Source of the DNA: Pseudoxanthomonas sp.
GTDB lineage: Bacteria > Pseudomonadota > Gammaproteobacteria > Xanthomonadales > Xanthomonadaceae
Assembly (NCBI RefSeq): GCF_035999195.1
Contig: NZ_DASYGY010000004.1
Span: forward strand, 58,827 to 122,826
Direction: 5' to 3'
Length of the DNA stretch: 64,000 nucleotides
Position 1 is the first letter of the stretch, and each line of letters begins with the position of its first letter. The notes beneath the pieces were generated by a model. It made no database searches and was not told the origin of the DNA. It worked only from the letters and a program-made list of their open reading frames with translations. Shown one piece after another: positions 56,395 through 64,000 of the stretch. The translations under genes and the position numbers were made by a program.

Positions 56395-57102
56395 ATGAAG
56401 ATCGTCAAGCACATCGCCAACCTGGGCTATGGCAGCCGCAAGCAGGTGCAGTGGATGTTCCGCGAAGGACGCATCACCGACGCTGCGGGCGAGGTGCTGT
56501 ATGCCGACGACCCGGTCGATCACGACAACATCCGGGTCGACGGCGAACCGCTCGATCCCGCACCGGGCCTGGCGATCATGCTGCACAAGCCGGTCGGCTA
56601 TACGTGTTCGACCAAGGACACCGGCCGCATCGTCTACGACCTGTTCCCGCCGCGGTTCCGCGAGCGCTCACCGGTGCTGTCCACGGTCGGACGACTCGAC
56701 CGCGAGACCAGCGGCCTGCTGCTGCTCACCGACGACGGCGGCCTGCTGCACCGGATCATCTCGCCCAAGGCCAACCTGCCCAAGGTCTACGACGCCACGC
56801 TGGCCGAAAACCTGCGCGGCGACGAAGGCGCGCTCTTCGCCAGCGGCACGCTGATGCTGGAATCGGAACAGACGCCGCTGGCACCGGCGCAGCTGCACGT
56901 GATCGATCCGCGGCATGCGCAGCTGACGCTCACCGAGGGCCGGTACCACCAGGTACGCCGCATGTTCGCCGCCGTCGGCAATCACGTGCAGGCATTGCAC
57001 CGCAGCGGCGTAGGCGGGCTGACGCTGGACGGGTTGCCGGAAGGCCAGTGGCGCATCCTCAATGCGGATGACCTGCGCCGGCTGTTCGAGTTCGCCGCAT
57101 GA
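56395..57102 (+). CDS. RsuA-family pseudouridine synthase
   Basis: S4-like N-terminus; HKPVGY, GRLDRETSGLLLLTDDG, EGRYHQVRRMFAAVGN. Confidence 0.92.
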   Translation: MKIVKHIANLGYGSRKQVQWMFREGRITDAAGEVLYADDPVDHDNIRVDGEPLDPAPGLAIMLHKPVGYTCSTKDTGRIVYDLFPPRFRERSPVLSTVGRLDRETSGLLLLTDDGGLLHRIISPKANLPKVYDATLAENLRGDEGALFASGTLMLESEQTPLAPAQLHVIDPRHAQLTLTEGRYHQVRRMFAAVGNHVQALHRSGVGGLTLDGLPEGQWRILNADDLRRLFEFAA

Positions 57103-57785
57103 GTGCAGGGGGCCTGCCGTTCACCCCTGCGGCGGTGATCTTCGACATGGACGGGCTGATGCTCGACAGCGAGCGCGCCATCATCGCGTGCCTGGCCGAT
57201 GCGGCGCGCGAGTGCGGCCACGACCTGCCCGAGCTGCTGTGGCTGTCGATGGTCGGCCACAGCGAAGCCGTCTGCCGTCACCTGCTGGACGAGGCCGTGG
57301 GCGAAGCCGAGCGGGAACGGATACTGCAACGCTCGCACGCCCTCTACGACGCGGTGGTCGAGGCGGGTATGCCGCACCGGCCGGGCATCGTCGAGATGCT
57401 GGATTTTCTGCAGGCGAAGCGCATTCCGCGCGCGGTGGCCACATCGACGCGCCGTCCGCTCGCAATGAGGAAGCTGGAGGCCGCCGGCCTGCTACCCCGC
57501 TTCGATGCGGTCTGCACCAGCAGCGACGTCGAGCATCCCAAGCCCGCGCCGGACATCTACCTGCTGGCCGCAGCGTCGCTGGGCGTCGACCCGGCGCAGT
57601 GCCTGGTACTGGAGGATTCGCCGACCGGCGTGCGTGCCGCGCTGGCGGCCGGCATGCATCCCATCCAGATCCCGGACCTGCTGGAGCCCGATGACGGCGT
57701 CCGCGCGCTCGGCCACATGATCCTGCCGTCGCTGGATGATGCGCGCAGGTTGCTGGAGCGGCGCTTGGCGGGGGAGCTGCTGTAG
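57099..57785 (+). CDS. HAD-family phosphatase
   Basis: DMDGLMLD, ATS, KPAPDIY, LEDSPTG. Confidence 0.92.
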   Translation: MSAGGLPFTPAAVIFDMDGLMLDSERAIIACLADAARECGHDLPELLWLSMVGHSEAVCRHLLDEAVGEAERERILQRSHALYDAVVEAGMPHRPGIVEMLDFLQAKRIPRAVATSTRRPLAMRKLEAAGLLPRFDAVCTSSDVEHPKPAPDIYLLAAASLGVDPAQCLVLEDSPTGVRAALAAGMHPIQIPDLLEPDDGVRALGHMILPSLDDARRLLERRLAGELL

Positions 57786-57805
57786 GAGCGACGTCAGTCG
57801 CGACC
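57782..57805 (+). repeat. REP (family A), left of RAYT
   Basis: gtaggagcgacgtcagtcgcgacc. Confidence 0.88.
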
Positions 57806-57857
57806 GCACGGCAAAATCCGACCCGTTTTCCTGCCATCTCCCGATATCGCTCCGGAG

Positions 57858-58367
57858 ATGGAGGACACCATGCTCGCAGGCATGGATCAATTCGCACCTC
57901 ACCGTCCTGCGCAGGGTCATGCCGGTCTCCGCCGTGGACGCAGGTCGATTGCCGGGCATGTCTACCTGGTGACCTTCGTCACCCGTAATCGACGGCCGTT
58001 GTTCTCCGATCCGGTTATGGCTCACGACATGGCGCGCGCGATCACGGACAAGCGGCTTTGGTATCGCTCGCGCCTGATGGCCTGGGTGCTGATGCCGGAC
58101 CATTGGCATGGACTGATCGAACTGGGAGCGATGGAGACCCTTCCCGTCTGTATCCAGCGGTTGAAAGCCAATACCTCCCGATCTTTCCGGGTCGGTCGCC
58201 AGCATGACGGTGTCTGGGCTCCCGGCTTCCATGATCGGGCGATGCGGTGCAGCGACGATCTCAGGGTCGCAGCGCGCTATGTGATTGCCAATCCTCTGCG
58301 TGCAGGATTGGTCGATGCGATAGGAAAGTATCCGTACTGGGATGCCGTCTGGCTCGGGAACGAGTGA
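57858..58367 (+). mobile_element. REP-associated tyrosine transposase (RAYT, HUH/Y1)
   Basis: YLVTFVT, WVLMPDHWHGL (HUH), GFHDRAMR, RYVIANPLRAGLV (catalytic Tyr), YPYWDAVW; flanked by inverted REPs; more AT-rich codons than neighbours. Confidence 0.92.
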
Positions 58368-58400
58368 CTTGCGGACCGATCCTGCGCGCTGATGGGGTTC

Positions 58401-58424
58401 GGTCGCGACTTACGTCGCTCCTAC
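58401..58424 (-). repeat. REP (family A), right of RAYT, inverted
   Basis: ggtcgcgacttacgtcgctcctac. Confidence 0.88.
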
Positions 58425-58442
58425 CGAAAGCACAGAGCCTCG

Positions 58443-59006
58443 TCACTCCGCGAACAGCTTCGCCCAGCCCGCATGCCCCAGTGCATCCAGCGTCTTCACG
58501 TTGCGCTCGACGATGATGTCGGGGTCCGGGAAGGCTTCCACCGCACGGTCGATGCTGGCTTCGCGCAGCAGGTGCAGGGTGGGGTAGGGCGAGCGGTTGG
58601 TGTAGTTGCCGATGTCGTCCGGCATGGTGCCGGCGAACTGATAGTCCGGATGGAAGCTGGCGACCTGGATGACGCCCTGCAGGTCGAGCGCCTCGACCGC
58701 CGCATCGGCGTTGTCCAGGAAGTCGTTGTAGTCCAGGAAATCCGTCAGCACGTCCGGATGCACGATCAGCGTGGTGTCGACCTGCTCGGGGTCGGTATCG
58801 CGCAGCAGCACCAGTTCTTCCGCCAGTTCCTCGAGCAGGGCTTCCGGCGTGCTGGCATCGCTCAGCACGAAACGCACCTGCTGCTTCACGTACACCGCCT
58901 TGGCGAACGGGCACAGGTTCAGCCCGATCACCGCGCGTTCCACCCAACGTCGGGTGGCGTCGAGGGGATCGGGTGCGTCGCCGGTCGTGGCGGGCGACTC
59001 AGTCAC
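58443..59006 (-). CDS. DUF1415-like protein
   Basis: VIGLNLCPFAK, QVASFHPDYQFAG, NYTNRSPYPTLHLLRE. Confidence 0.88.
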   Translation of the reverse strand: MTESPATTGDAPDPLDATRRWVERAVIGLNLCPFAKAVYVKQQVRFVLSDASTPEALLEELAEELVLLRDTDPEQVDTTLIVHPDVLTDFLDYNDFLDNADAAVEALDLQGVIQVASFHPDYQFAGTMPDDIGNYTNRSPYPTLHLLREASIDRAVEAFPDPDIIVERNVKTLDALGHAGWAKLFAE

Positions 59007-59481
59007 GGAAGTTGTCGAACTGCAGCGGCAGCTCGAAGTCCGTCTTCTTCAGCAGCGCGATGACGTCCTGCAGATCGTCGCGTTTCTTGCCGGTGACGCG
59101 CAGCTTGTCGCCGTTGATCTGCGCTTCGACCTTCAGCTTGGCGTCCTTGATGGTGCTGACGATCTTCTTCGCCAGCTTCTGCTCGATGCCCTGCTTGACG
59201 GTGATCTTCTGGCGCGCGCCGGCCAGGTTGGTTTCCACGTCGCCGAATTCCAGGCAGCGGGCGTCGATCTGACGAGCGATCAGGCGCCCGCGCAGGATGT
59301 CGGTCATCTGCTTGAGCTGAAAATCGCTGGGCGCGGACTGGGTGATCATTTTCTCTTCCAACACGAATTTGGCGTCCACGCCCTTGAAGTCAAAACGGGT
59401 GGAGAGTTCGCGGTTGGCCTGGTCCACGGCGTTGGTGAGCTCGTGGACGTTGACTTCGGAGACGACGTCGAAGGAGGGCAT
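58999..59481 (-). CDS. yajQ: YajQ family nucleotide/c-di-GMP-binding protein
   Basis: MPSFDVVSEV, RFDFKG, QINGDKLRVTGKKRDDLQ, LQFDNFRD. Confidence 0.95.
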   Translation of the reverse strand: MPSFDVVSEVNVHELTNAVDQANRELSTRFDFKGVDAKFVLEEKMITQSAPSDFQLKQMTDILRGRLIARQIDARCLEFGDVETNLAGARQKITVKQGIEQKLAKKIVSTIKDAKLKVEAQINGDKLRVTGKKRDDLQDVIALLKKTDFELPLQFDNFRD

Positions 59482-59510
59482 GGGGGATTCCTGTAGCGGG
59501 ACGCGGAATT

Positions 59511-60209
59511 CTAGCGTGCGTCGGCAAACGGTACCGTCCTGGCCGATGAGGTCGCACGCGAATCGCGCCGCCGCCCGGCGAGTCGGCGTACGCCCTCGCA
59601 GACCAGCAGCGGGACGATCCAGCTGCACCAGAGCAGTGTCGCGATCAAGGTCGGCGACGGCATCAGCCCGCTCGCGATGGTGGCGGGCAGCGACAGGCGG
59701 AAGATGACCGGGGCCAGCGTCACCGCGTAGTTCCGCGTCATCCATCGCTGGTGCCGGTCGACCGCGCCGCGGCGGATCGCGAGCAGGCCGGTCAATGCGG
59801 TGCAGAGCCAGGCCAGCGCGGTGGCGGCGAACGCCAGGCGGATCGCGAACGGCGCCGGCGAGGTGGCGATCAGTCCCGTCGCGCCCGTCGCCGCCACCAG
59901 CATGCCGACCAGGTAGACGCGGCCAGACAGGCGATGCAGCCGCGGATTGCGCCGGCGCCACCGGGTCAGGAACTGCACGGCCCCGAGCAGGACGGTGGTG
60001 AGGCCGCCGGCGAGATGCAGCCACAGCCAGCCGCGCCGGGTCATGAACATGCCATAGGCCGGTGAGTCGAGATGGCGGTACTTGTCGTACGCGGCGAGCA
60101 GGAACTCGAGGCTGACGAATCCGAGCAGCAGCCACAGGCCGGCCCAGGCCAGGCGCAGGACGAGACGGGAGCGCGGCGAGGCGTCGGTACGCGGAGCGAT
60201 CCCTGTCAT
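59511..60209 (-). CDS. DUF2306-like membrane protein
   Basis: LHLAGG, LHRLSGRVY, HQRWMTRNYA. Confidence 0.8.
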   Translation of the reverse strand: MTGIAPRTDASPRSRLVLRLAWAGLWLLLGFVSLEFLLAAYDKYRHLDSPAYGMFMTRRGWLWLHLAGGLTTVLLGAVQFLTRWRRRNPRLHRLSGRVYLVGMLVAATGATGLIATSPAPFAIRLAFAATALAWLCTALTGLLAIRRGAVDRHQRWMTRNYAVTLAPVIFRLSLPATIASGLMPSPTLIATLLWCSWIVPLLVCEGVRRLAGRRRDSRATSSARTVPFADAR

Positions 60210-60286
60210 CGGCCTGCCTGCGAGGGTGGGTGCGTGCAGGGTAGCGCAGGCGCGCGCAACGCGGTCGGCCAAGGCGATAATGGTGC

Positions 60287-61171
60287 ATGTCCGCTTCCCG
60301 CCCCTCGCTCGCCTCGGCCGTCCTGTTGATGCTGGCGGCCGTGCTGATGTTCGCCCTGATGGATGCGGGACTGAAGCTGCTGTCGTCGCACTACCCGCCG
60401 CTGCAGGTGGCGGCGTTGCGTGGGCTCTCCTCGCTGCCGCTGGTGACGCTGTGGGTGCTGGCGACGGTGCCGGCGCGGTCGCTGCTGCGCGTCTACTGGC
60501 CGCTGCATCTGCTGCGCGGCGCGTTGGGCATCGCGATGATGGCGGGGTTCGTCTACGGCCTGCGGACCATGCCGCTGTCGACGGCGTATGCGATCACCTT
60601 CGTCGCACCGCTTCTGGTCACGGCGATGGCGGGTCCGCTACTCAAGGAGCGCGTGGGGCCGGCGCGCTGGGTGGCGATCTTCATCGGCCTGGCCGGTGTG
60701 CTGGTGATCCTCCGCCCGACCGGCGAGGGCATGTTGACCGGCGGTGGACTGGCGATCCTGATCGCGGCGATCTGCTACGCGATGGGCGCGGTCACCGTGC
60801 GCATGCTGGCGCAGCGCGACAGCACGCAGGCGATGGTGTTCTGGTTCGTGGTGCTGCTTTCGCTGGGGGCGTGGCTGCTGGCATTACCGGCGTGGAAACC
60901 GCTGCAACCGGCGCATGGGTGGATCATCGCCGGCGTCGGCGTGTCCGGTTCGCTGGCGCAGGTGGCGTTGACCGAAGCCTTCCGTCGCGGCGAGGCGTCG
61001 CTGATCGCCCCGCTGGAATACACCGCGCTGGTCTGGGGCGTGCTGCTGGACGTGGCGTTGTGGTCGGTGCTGCCCGATGGCGTCACCTGGATCGGGGCCG
61101 GCATCATCGTGGCGAGCGGGTTGTATCTGCTGCGCCGCGAGAAGGTGCATGTGGAAGCCGAGCACCCCTGA
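60287..61171 (+). CDS. DMT/EamA family transporter
   Basis: About 10 TMs in two repeats; LKERVG, APLEYT. Confidence 0.9.
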   Translation: MSASRPSLASAVLLMLAAVLMFALMDAGLKLLSSHYPPLQVAALRGLSSLPLVTLWVLATVPARSLLRVYWPLHLLRGALGIAMMAGFVYGLRTMPLSTAYAITFVAPLLVTAMAGPLLKERVGPARWVAIFIGLAGVLVILRPTGEGMLTGGGLAILIAAICYAMGAVTVRMLAQRDSTQAMVFWFVVLLSLGAWLLALPAWKPLQPAHGWIIAGVGVSGSLAQVALTEAFRRGEASLIAPLEYTALVWGVLLDVALWSVLPDGVTWIGAGIIVASGLYLLRREKVHVEAEHP

Positions 61172-61195
61172 CACGCGTTGCGGCATGATGCACGC

Positions 61196-61747
61196 ATGCC
61201 CATCGTCCTCGTGCTGCTGTTCGTCTTCCTCTTGCTCGCCCTGTGGGTCGTGCTGCTGCCGCTGTCGCTGTGGCAGCGTTACCGCTACGGACGCTCGCGG
61301 CGCATGGCGCGCGGCTGGCTGCTGGCCTTCAATGCATGGAGCCTGTTGGTCTCGGTCGCGCTGTTCGGCGTGGTCAGTGCGTTCGGCCTGATCTGGTGGC
61401 CGGACAGTCTGGTGGGGGCGGGAGTCGGCCTGCTCGCGGGTGGCGTCCTCGGCCTGATTGGGGTATGGCTGACGCGTTGGGAAGTCGCGCCGCAGGGCGT
61501 GTTCTACCAGCCCAATGCGTGGCTGGCGCTGCTGCTGGTGGCCATCGTCGCCGGCCGCATCGTGCTGGGCGGCGTGCAGATGGTGCAGTACTGGCGCACG
61601 GACAGCGTGCCGGCGACGCATGCCTTGCTGAGTGGCCACGGCAGCCTGCTGGCGGTGGCGGGGCTGTTGCTGGGCTACTACCTGGTCTACGCGTGGTGCG
61701 TGAAGTGGCGCGTGGCGCGGCTGGAGCGGCTGCGCGGCGTGCGTTGA
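61196..61747 (+). CDS. Membrane protein (DUF1453-like)
   Basis: LSLWQRYR, Y.PN.WLAL, LLGYY; 5 TMs. Confidence 0.6.
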   Translation: MPIVLVLLFVFLLLALWVVLLPLSLWQRYRYGRSRRMARGWLLAFNAWSLLVSVALFGVVSAFGLIWWPDSLVGAGVGLLAGGVLGLIGVWLTRWEVAPQGVFYQPNAWLALLLVAIVAGRIVLGGVQMVQYWRTDSVPATHALLSGHGSLLAVAGLLLGYYLVYAWCVKWRVARLERLRGVR

Positions 61748-61803
61748 CGCCAGGATTGCCGAGGCCGGGTCACGCAGAGGAGCACGCTCCGCTCTGCCAA
61801 GAG

Positions 61804-61832
61804 AAAGGCGGCGGGCCCGGAGGCCCGCCGCC
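61804..61832 (-). terminator. Terminator after ompW-family gene
   Basis: ggcggcgggcc-cgga-ggcccgccgcc with tttctc on the minus strand. Confidence 0.65.
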
Positions 61833-61856
61833 GTATCGACGCGTCGGAGCGATGGA

Positions 61857-62492
61857 TCAGAAGCGCGCGCCGATACCCACACCCACGACCCACGGGTCGA
61901 TCGTCAGTTCTTCACCGGTGCCCTGGCCGGCCACGCGCACGCCGGCGTCGCCCTTCATGTAGCGCACGTCGGTGCGTGCGAACCAGGTTTCGTTGATGTT
62001 GAAGTCCACGCCGGCGGTGGCGATGGCGCCCTTGGCGGTCTCCAGTCCCACGTGCGCACCGTCGCCGCCGATGCTCTCGTTGCTGAAGTTGGACTCGTAG
62101 TAGCCCAGGCCCAGGAACGGACGCATCACCTGGTCGGGCGTACCGAAGTGGTACTGGCCGCTCAGCGCGATCGGCTGCTGGTCGACCGTGCCGATCTTGC
62201 CGGCGCCATCGGCCTTGACTCGATGGTTGAACTTGTCGGCCGCGCCCCACAGCTCGACCGCGATGTTGGGGGTGGCGTACCAGCTGGCGCTGATCACGGG
62301 CGCGACATCACCATCGATTTTCAGGCCGGGCGCCGGATCGCGGTCGGGCTTGAGGATGGCGGCGCCACCGACGACGGCGAAGCGCTTGTCGTACGTCGAG
62401 GACGCGCTGTCGGTGGTGGCATCCTGTGCGAACGCCGCCGGGGCAGCGATGAGGGAAGCAAGGGCAATCGTGAGGGTACGAAGCGACTTCAT
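61857..62492 (-). CDS. ompW: OmpW-family outer membrane protein
   Basis: Signal peptide; YATPNIAVEL, LSGQYHF, RPFLGLGY, DPWVVGVGIGARF with terminal Phe. Confidence 0.85.
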   Translation of the reverse strand: MKSLRTLTIALASLIAAPAAFAQDATTDSASSTYDKRFAVVGGAAILKPDRDPAPGLKIDGDVAPVISASWYATPNIAVELWGAADKFNHRVKADGAGKIGTVDQQPIALSGQYHFGTPDQVMRPFLGLGYYESNFSNESIGGDGAHVGLETAKGAIATAGVDFNINETWFARTDVRYMKGDAGVRVAGQGTGEELTIDPWVVGVGIGARF

Positions 62493-62810
62493 GGGGGTGT
62501 CTCCTGTTTTGTTTTCTTATGTCCCCGAAGACGACGCGATGCGTCGTGGCCTTCAGGGCGAGCGCACCGTAACCATCCGTGCATGAACGCCTGCCACGTC
62601 GCGACGTGAACCGATCACAAACCGCGCGGAATATCGCGGGTGATGTCCGCGCATTTCACTGCACGTGCATGTCGCTGACTGGACTGGATGCGTGATGCGC
62701 GCGATGGCAGGCCAGGCAGCGCCCTGCAGGCGCACGTCGCCCTGGGTGCGAGGGTCCACGACATCGGCCGCGTGGTTGCGCTAATCTCGGCGCGACGAGG
62801 AGCGATGCCC

Positions 62811-63260
62811 ATGGCCAGCAGCAAGGCGAAGACGGTCGACGATTACCTGGCGGAGCTGCCCGAAGAACGGCGCGTGGTGATGTCGGCGGTACGCGATCTG
62901 GTCAACCGGCACCTGCCTGCCGGCTACGCCGAGACGATGAACTGGGGGATGGTCTGCTGGGAGATCCCGTTGTCCCGGTATCCCACCACCTACAACAAGC
63001 AGCCACTGTCCTATGTGGCGCTGGCGGCGCAGAAGCAGTACTACGCGCTGTACCTGACCACGTGCCATGAGAACTCCGCGCAGGACGTGGTGCTGCGCAA
63101 CGCCTACGCGGACGCCGGCAAGCGGCTGGACATGGGCAAGAGCTGCCTGCGGTTCAAGGCGCTGGACGACCTGCTGCCGGAGGTCATCGGTGGCGTCATC
63201 GCATCCACACCGGTGGACGCGTACATCGCACACTACGAAGCCAGCCGCGCAAGGAAATGA
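62811..63260 (+). CDS. DUF1801-like protein
   Basis: TVDDYL, LAAQKQYYALY, LDMGKSCLRFK. Confidence 0.85.
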   Translation: MASSKAKTVDDYLAELPEERRVVMSAVRDLVNRHLPAGYAETMNWGMVCWEIPLSRYPTTYNKQPLSYVALAAQKQYYALYLTTCHENSAQDVVLRNAYADAGKRLDMGKSCLRFKALDDLLPEVIGGVIASTPVDAYIAHYEASRARK

Positions 63261-64000
63261 GCCGCATGCCCCCTGCCAAGCGCAAGCCGCGGGCGCGCGC
63301 CGACCTGCCGACGCCCGGCGGACACCTGACCATGGCGGACCTGGCGAAGGTGGCCGGCGTCTCGGCGATCACCGTGTCGCGCGCGCTGCGCGACAGCCCG
63401 CTGGTCAATGCGGAGACGCGCGAACGCGTCCGCCAGGTCGCGCAGCAGTACGGGTATTCGTTCAATGTCAGCGCGCGCAACCTCAAGCTCCGTCGCAGCA
63501 TGACGGTGGCGGTGGTGGTGGAGATGAAGCCCACGGTGGAACGGCAGATGTCCGGGCCGTACCCGCTCGACCTGCTCGGCGGCATCACCCAGGAACTGAC
63601 ATCCACCGGCTACAGCGTGCTGCTCACGTCGCTGCAGGGCGGTTCGCTGCCCAACGTGCAGGCGGCCGACGGCGTGATCCTGCTCGGCCAGGGCGCGCAC
63701 GAGGACGCCATGCACGAAGTGCAGCGCTGGGGACGGCCGATGGTCGTCTGGGGTGCGGTGAGCCGTCACGAGTCGCAGGTGGTCGTCGGCAGCGACAATC
63801 GGCGTGGCGGCGCGCTGGCGGCGGAGCGCTTCATCGCGCTCGGTCGGCGGCGGCCGGCCTTCCTCGGCGATCCGGCGCATGGCGAGTTCGCGGAGCGGCT
63901 GGAAGGCTTCGGCGACGCGCTCGCCCGCCATGGCATCACGCCGTTGACGCCGACCGTCGCGAGTTTCACCGTCGGTGCCGGTGCGGACGCGGTGCATGCG
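63257..64000 (+). CDS. LacI family transcriptional regulator (3' truncated by window edge)
   Basis: Read from sequence: TMADLAKVAGVSAITVSRAL..TRERV..Y..N.SARNL; VGSDNRRGG. Confidence 0.92.
   Translation, partial: MSRMPPAKRKPRARADLPTPGGHLTMADLAKVAGVSAITVSRALRDSPLVNAETRERVRQVAQQYGYSFNVSARNLKLRRSMTVAVVVEMKPTVERQMSGPYPLDLLGGITQELTSTGYSVLLTSLQGGSLPNVQAADGVILLGQGAHEDAMHEVQRWGRPMVVWGAVSRHESQVVVGSDNRRGGALAAERFIALGRRRPAFLGDPAHGEFAERLEGFGDALARHGITPLTPTVASFTVGAGADAVHA

Noticed and set aside
57858-58367. IS200/IS605 insertion sequence
   Set aside because: No tnpB, and the flanks are the multi-copy REP palindromes, which fits a RAYT
62600-62625. cgtga-accga-tcaca upstream of ompW as a CRP/Clp or FNR site
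   Set aside because: Spacing (N5) fits neither TGTGA-N6-TCACA nor TTGAT-N4-ATCAA

Overview
GC-rich chromosomal segment from a Xanthomonadaceae/Lysobacteraceae bacterium. The Pseudoxanthomonas-like assignment is inferred from gene content and REP types. It holds core genes (rho-trxA / rhlB, ftsEX, ung, arfB, motAB, msrB, tesA-ybbAP, yajQ, ompW) interleaved with accessory genes: an ECF sigma/FecR/TonB-dependent transducer, a secreted cyanophycinase-isoaspartyl peptidase fusion, tandem TonB-C proteins, an NHL-M23 protein, a chromosomal AAC(3)-I homologue, BlaI/M56, a HipA-like kinase-DUF3037-DUF4031 trio, and a RAYT transposase flanked by its REPs. At least three REP families occur. The most unusual locus is 51.5-55.3 kb on the minus strand. 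It has a stable-RNA-like promoter, a 40-aa leader ORF with a 1:2/2:3/3:4 attenuator, about 850 nt of densely structured non-coding sequence containing two abutting aberrant tRNA-like cloverleaves, then an SPFH/slipin gene and rtcB. No rtcR, rtcA or Ro60 gene is in the window. No CRISPR array, rRNA, integron or prophage was seen. Start codons were chosen by eye and family names come from motif recognition, not database searches.
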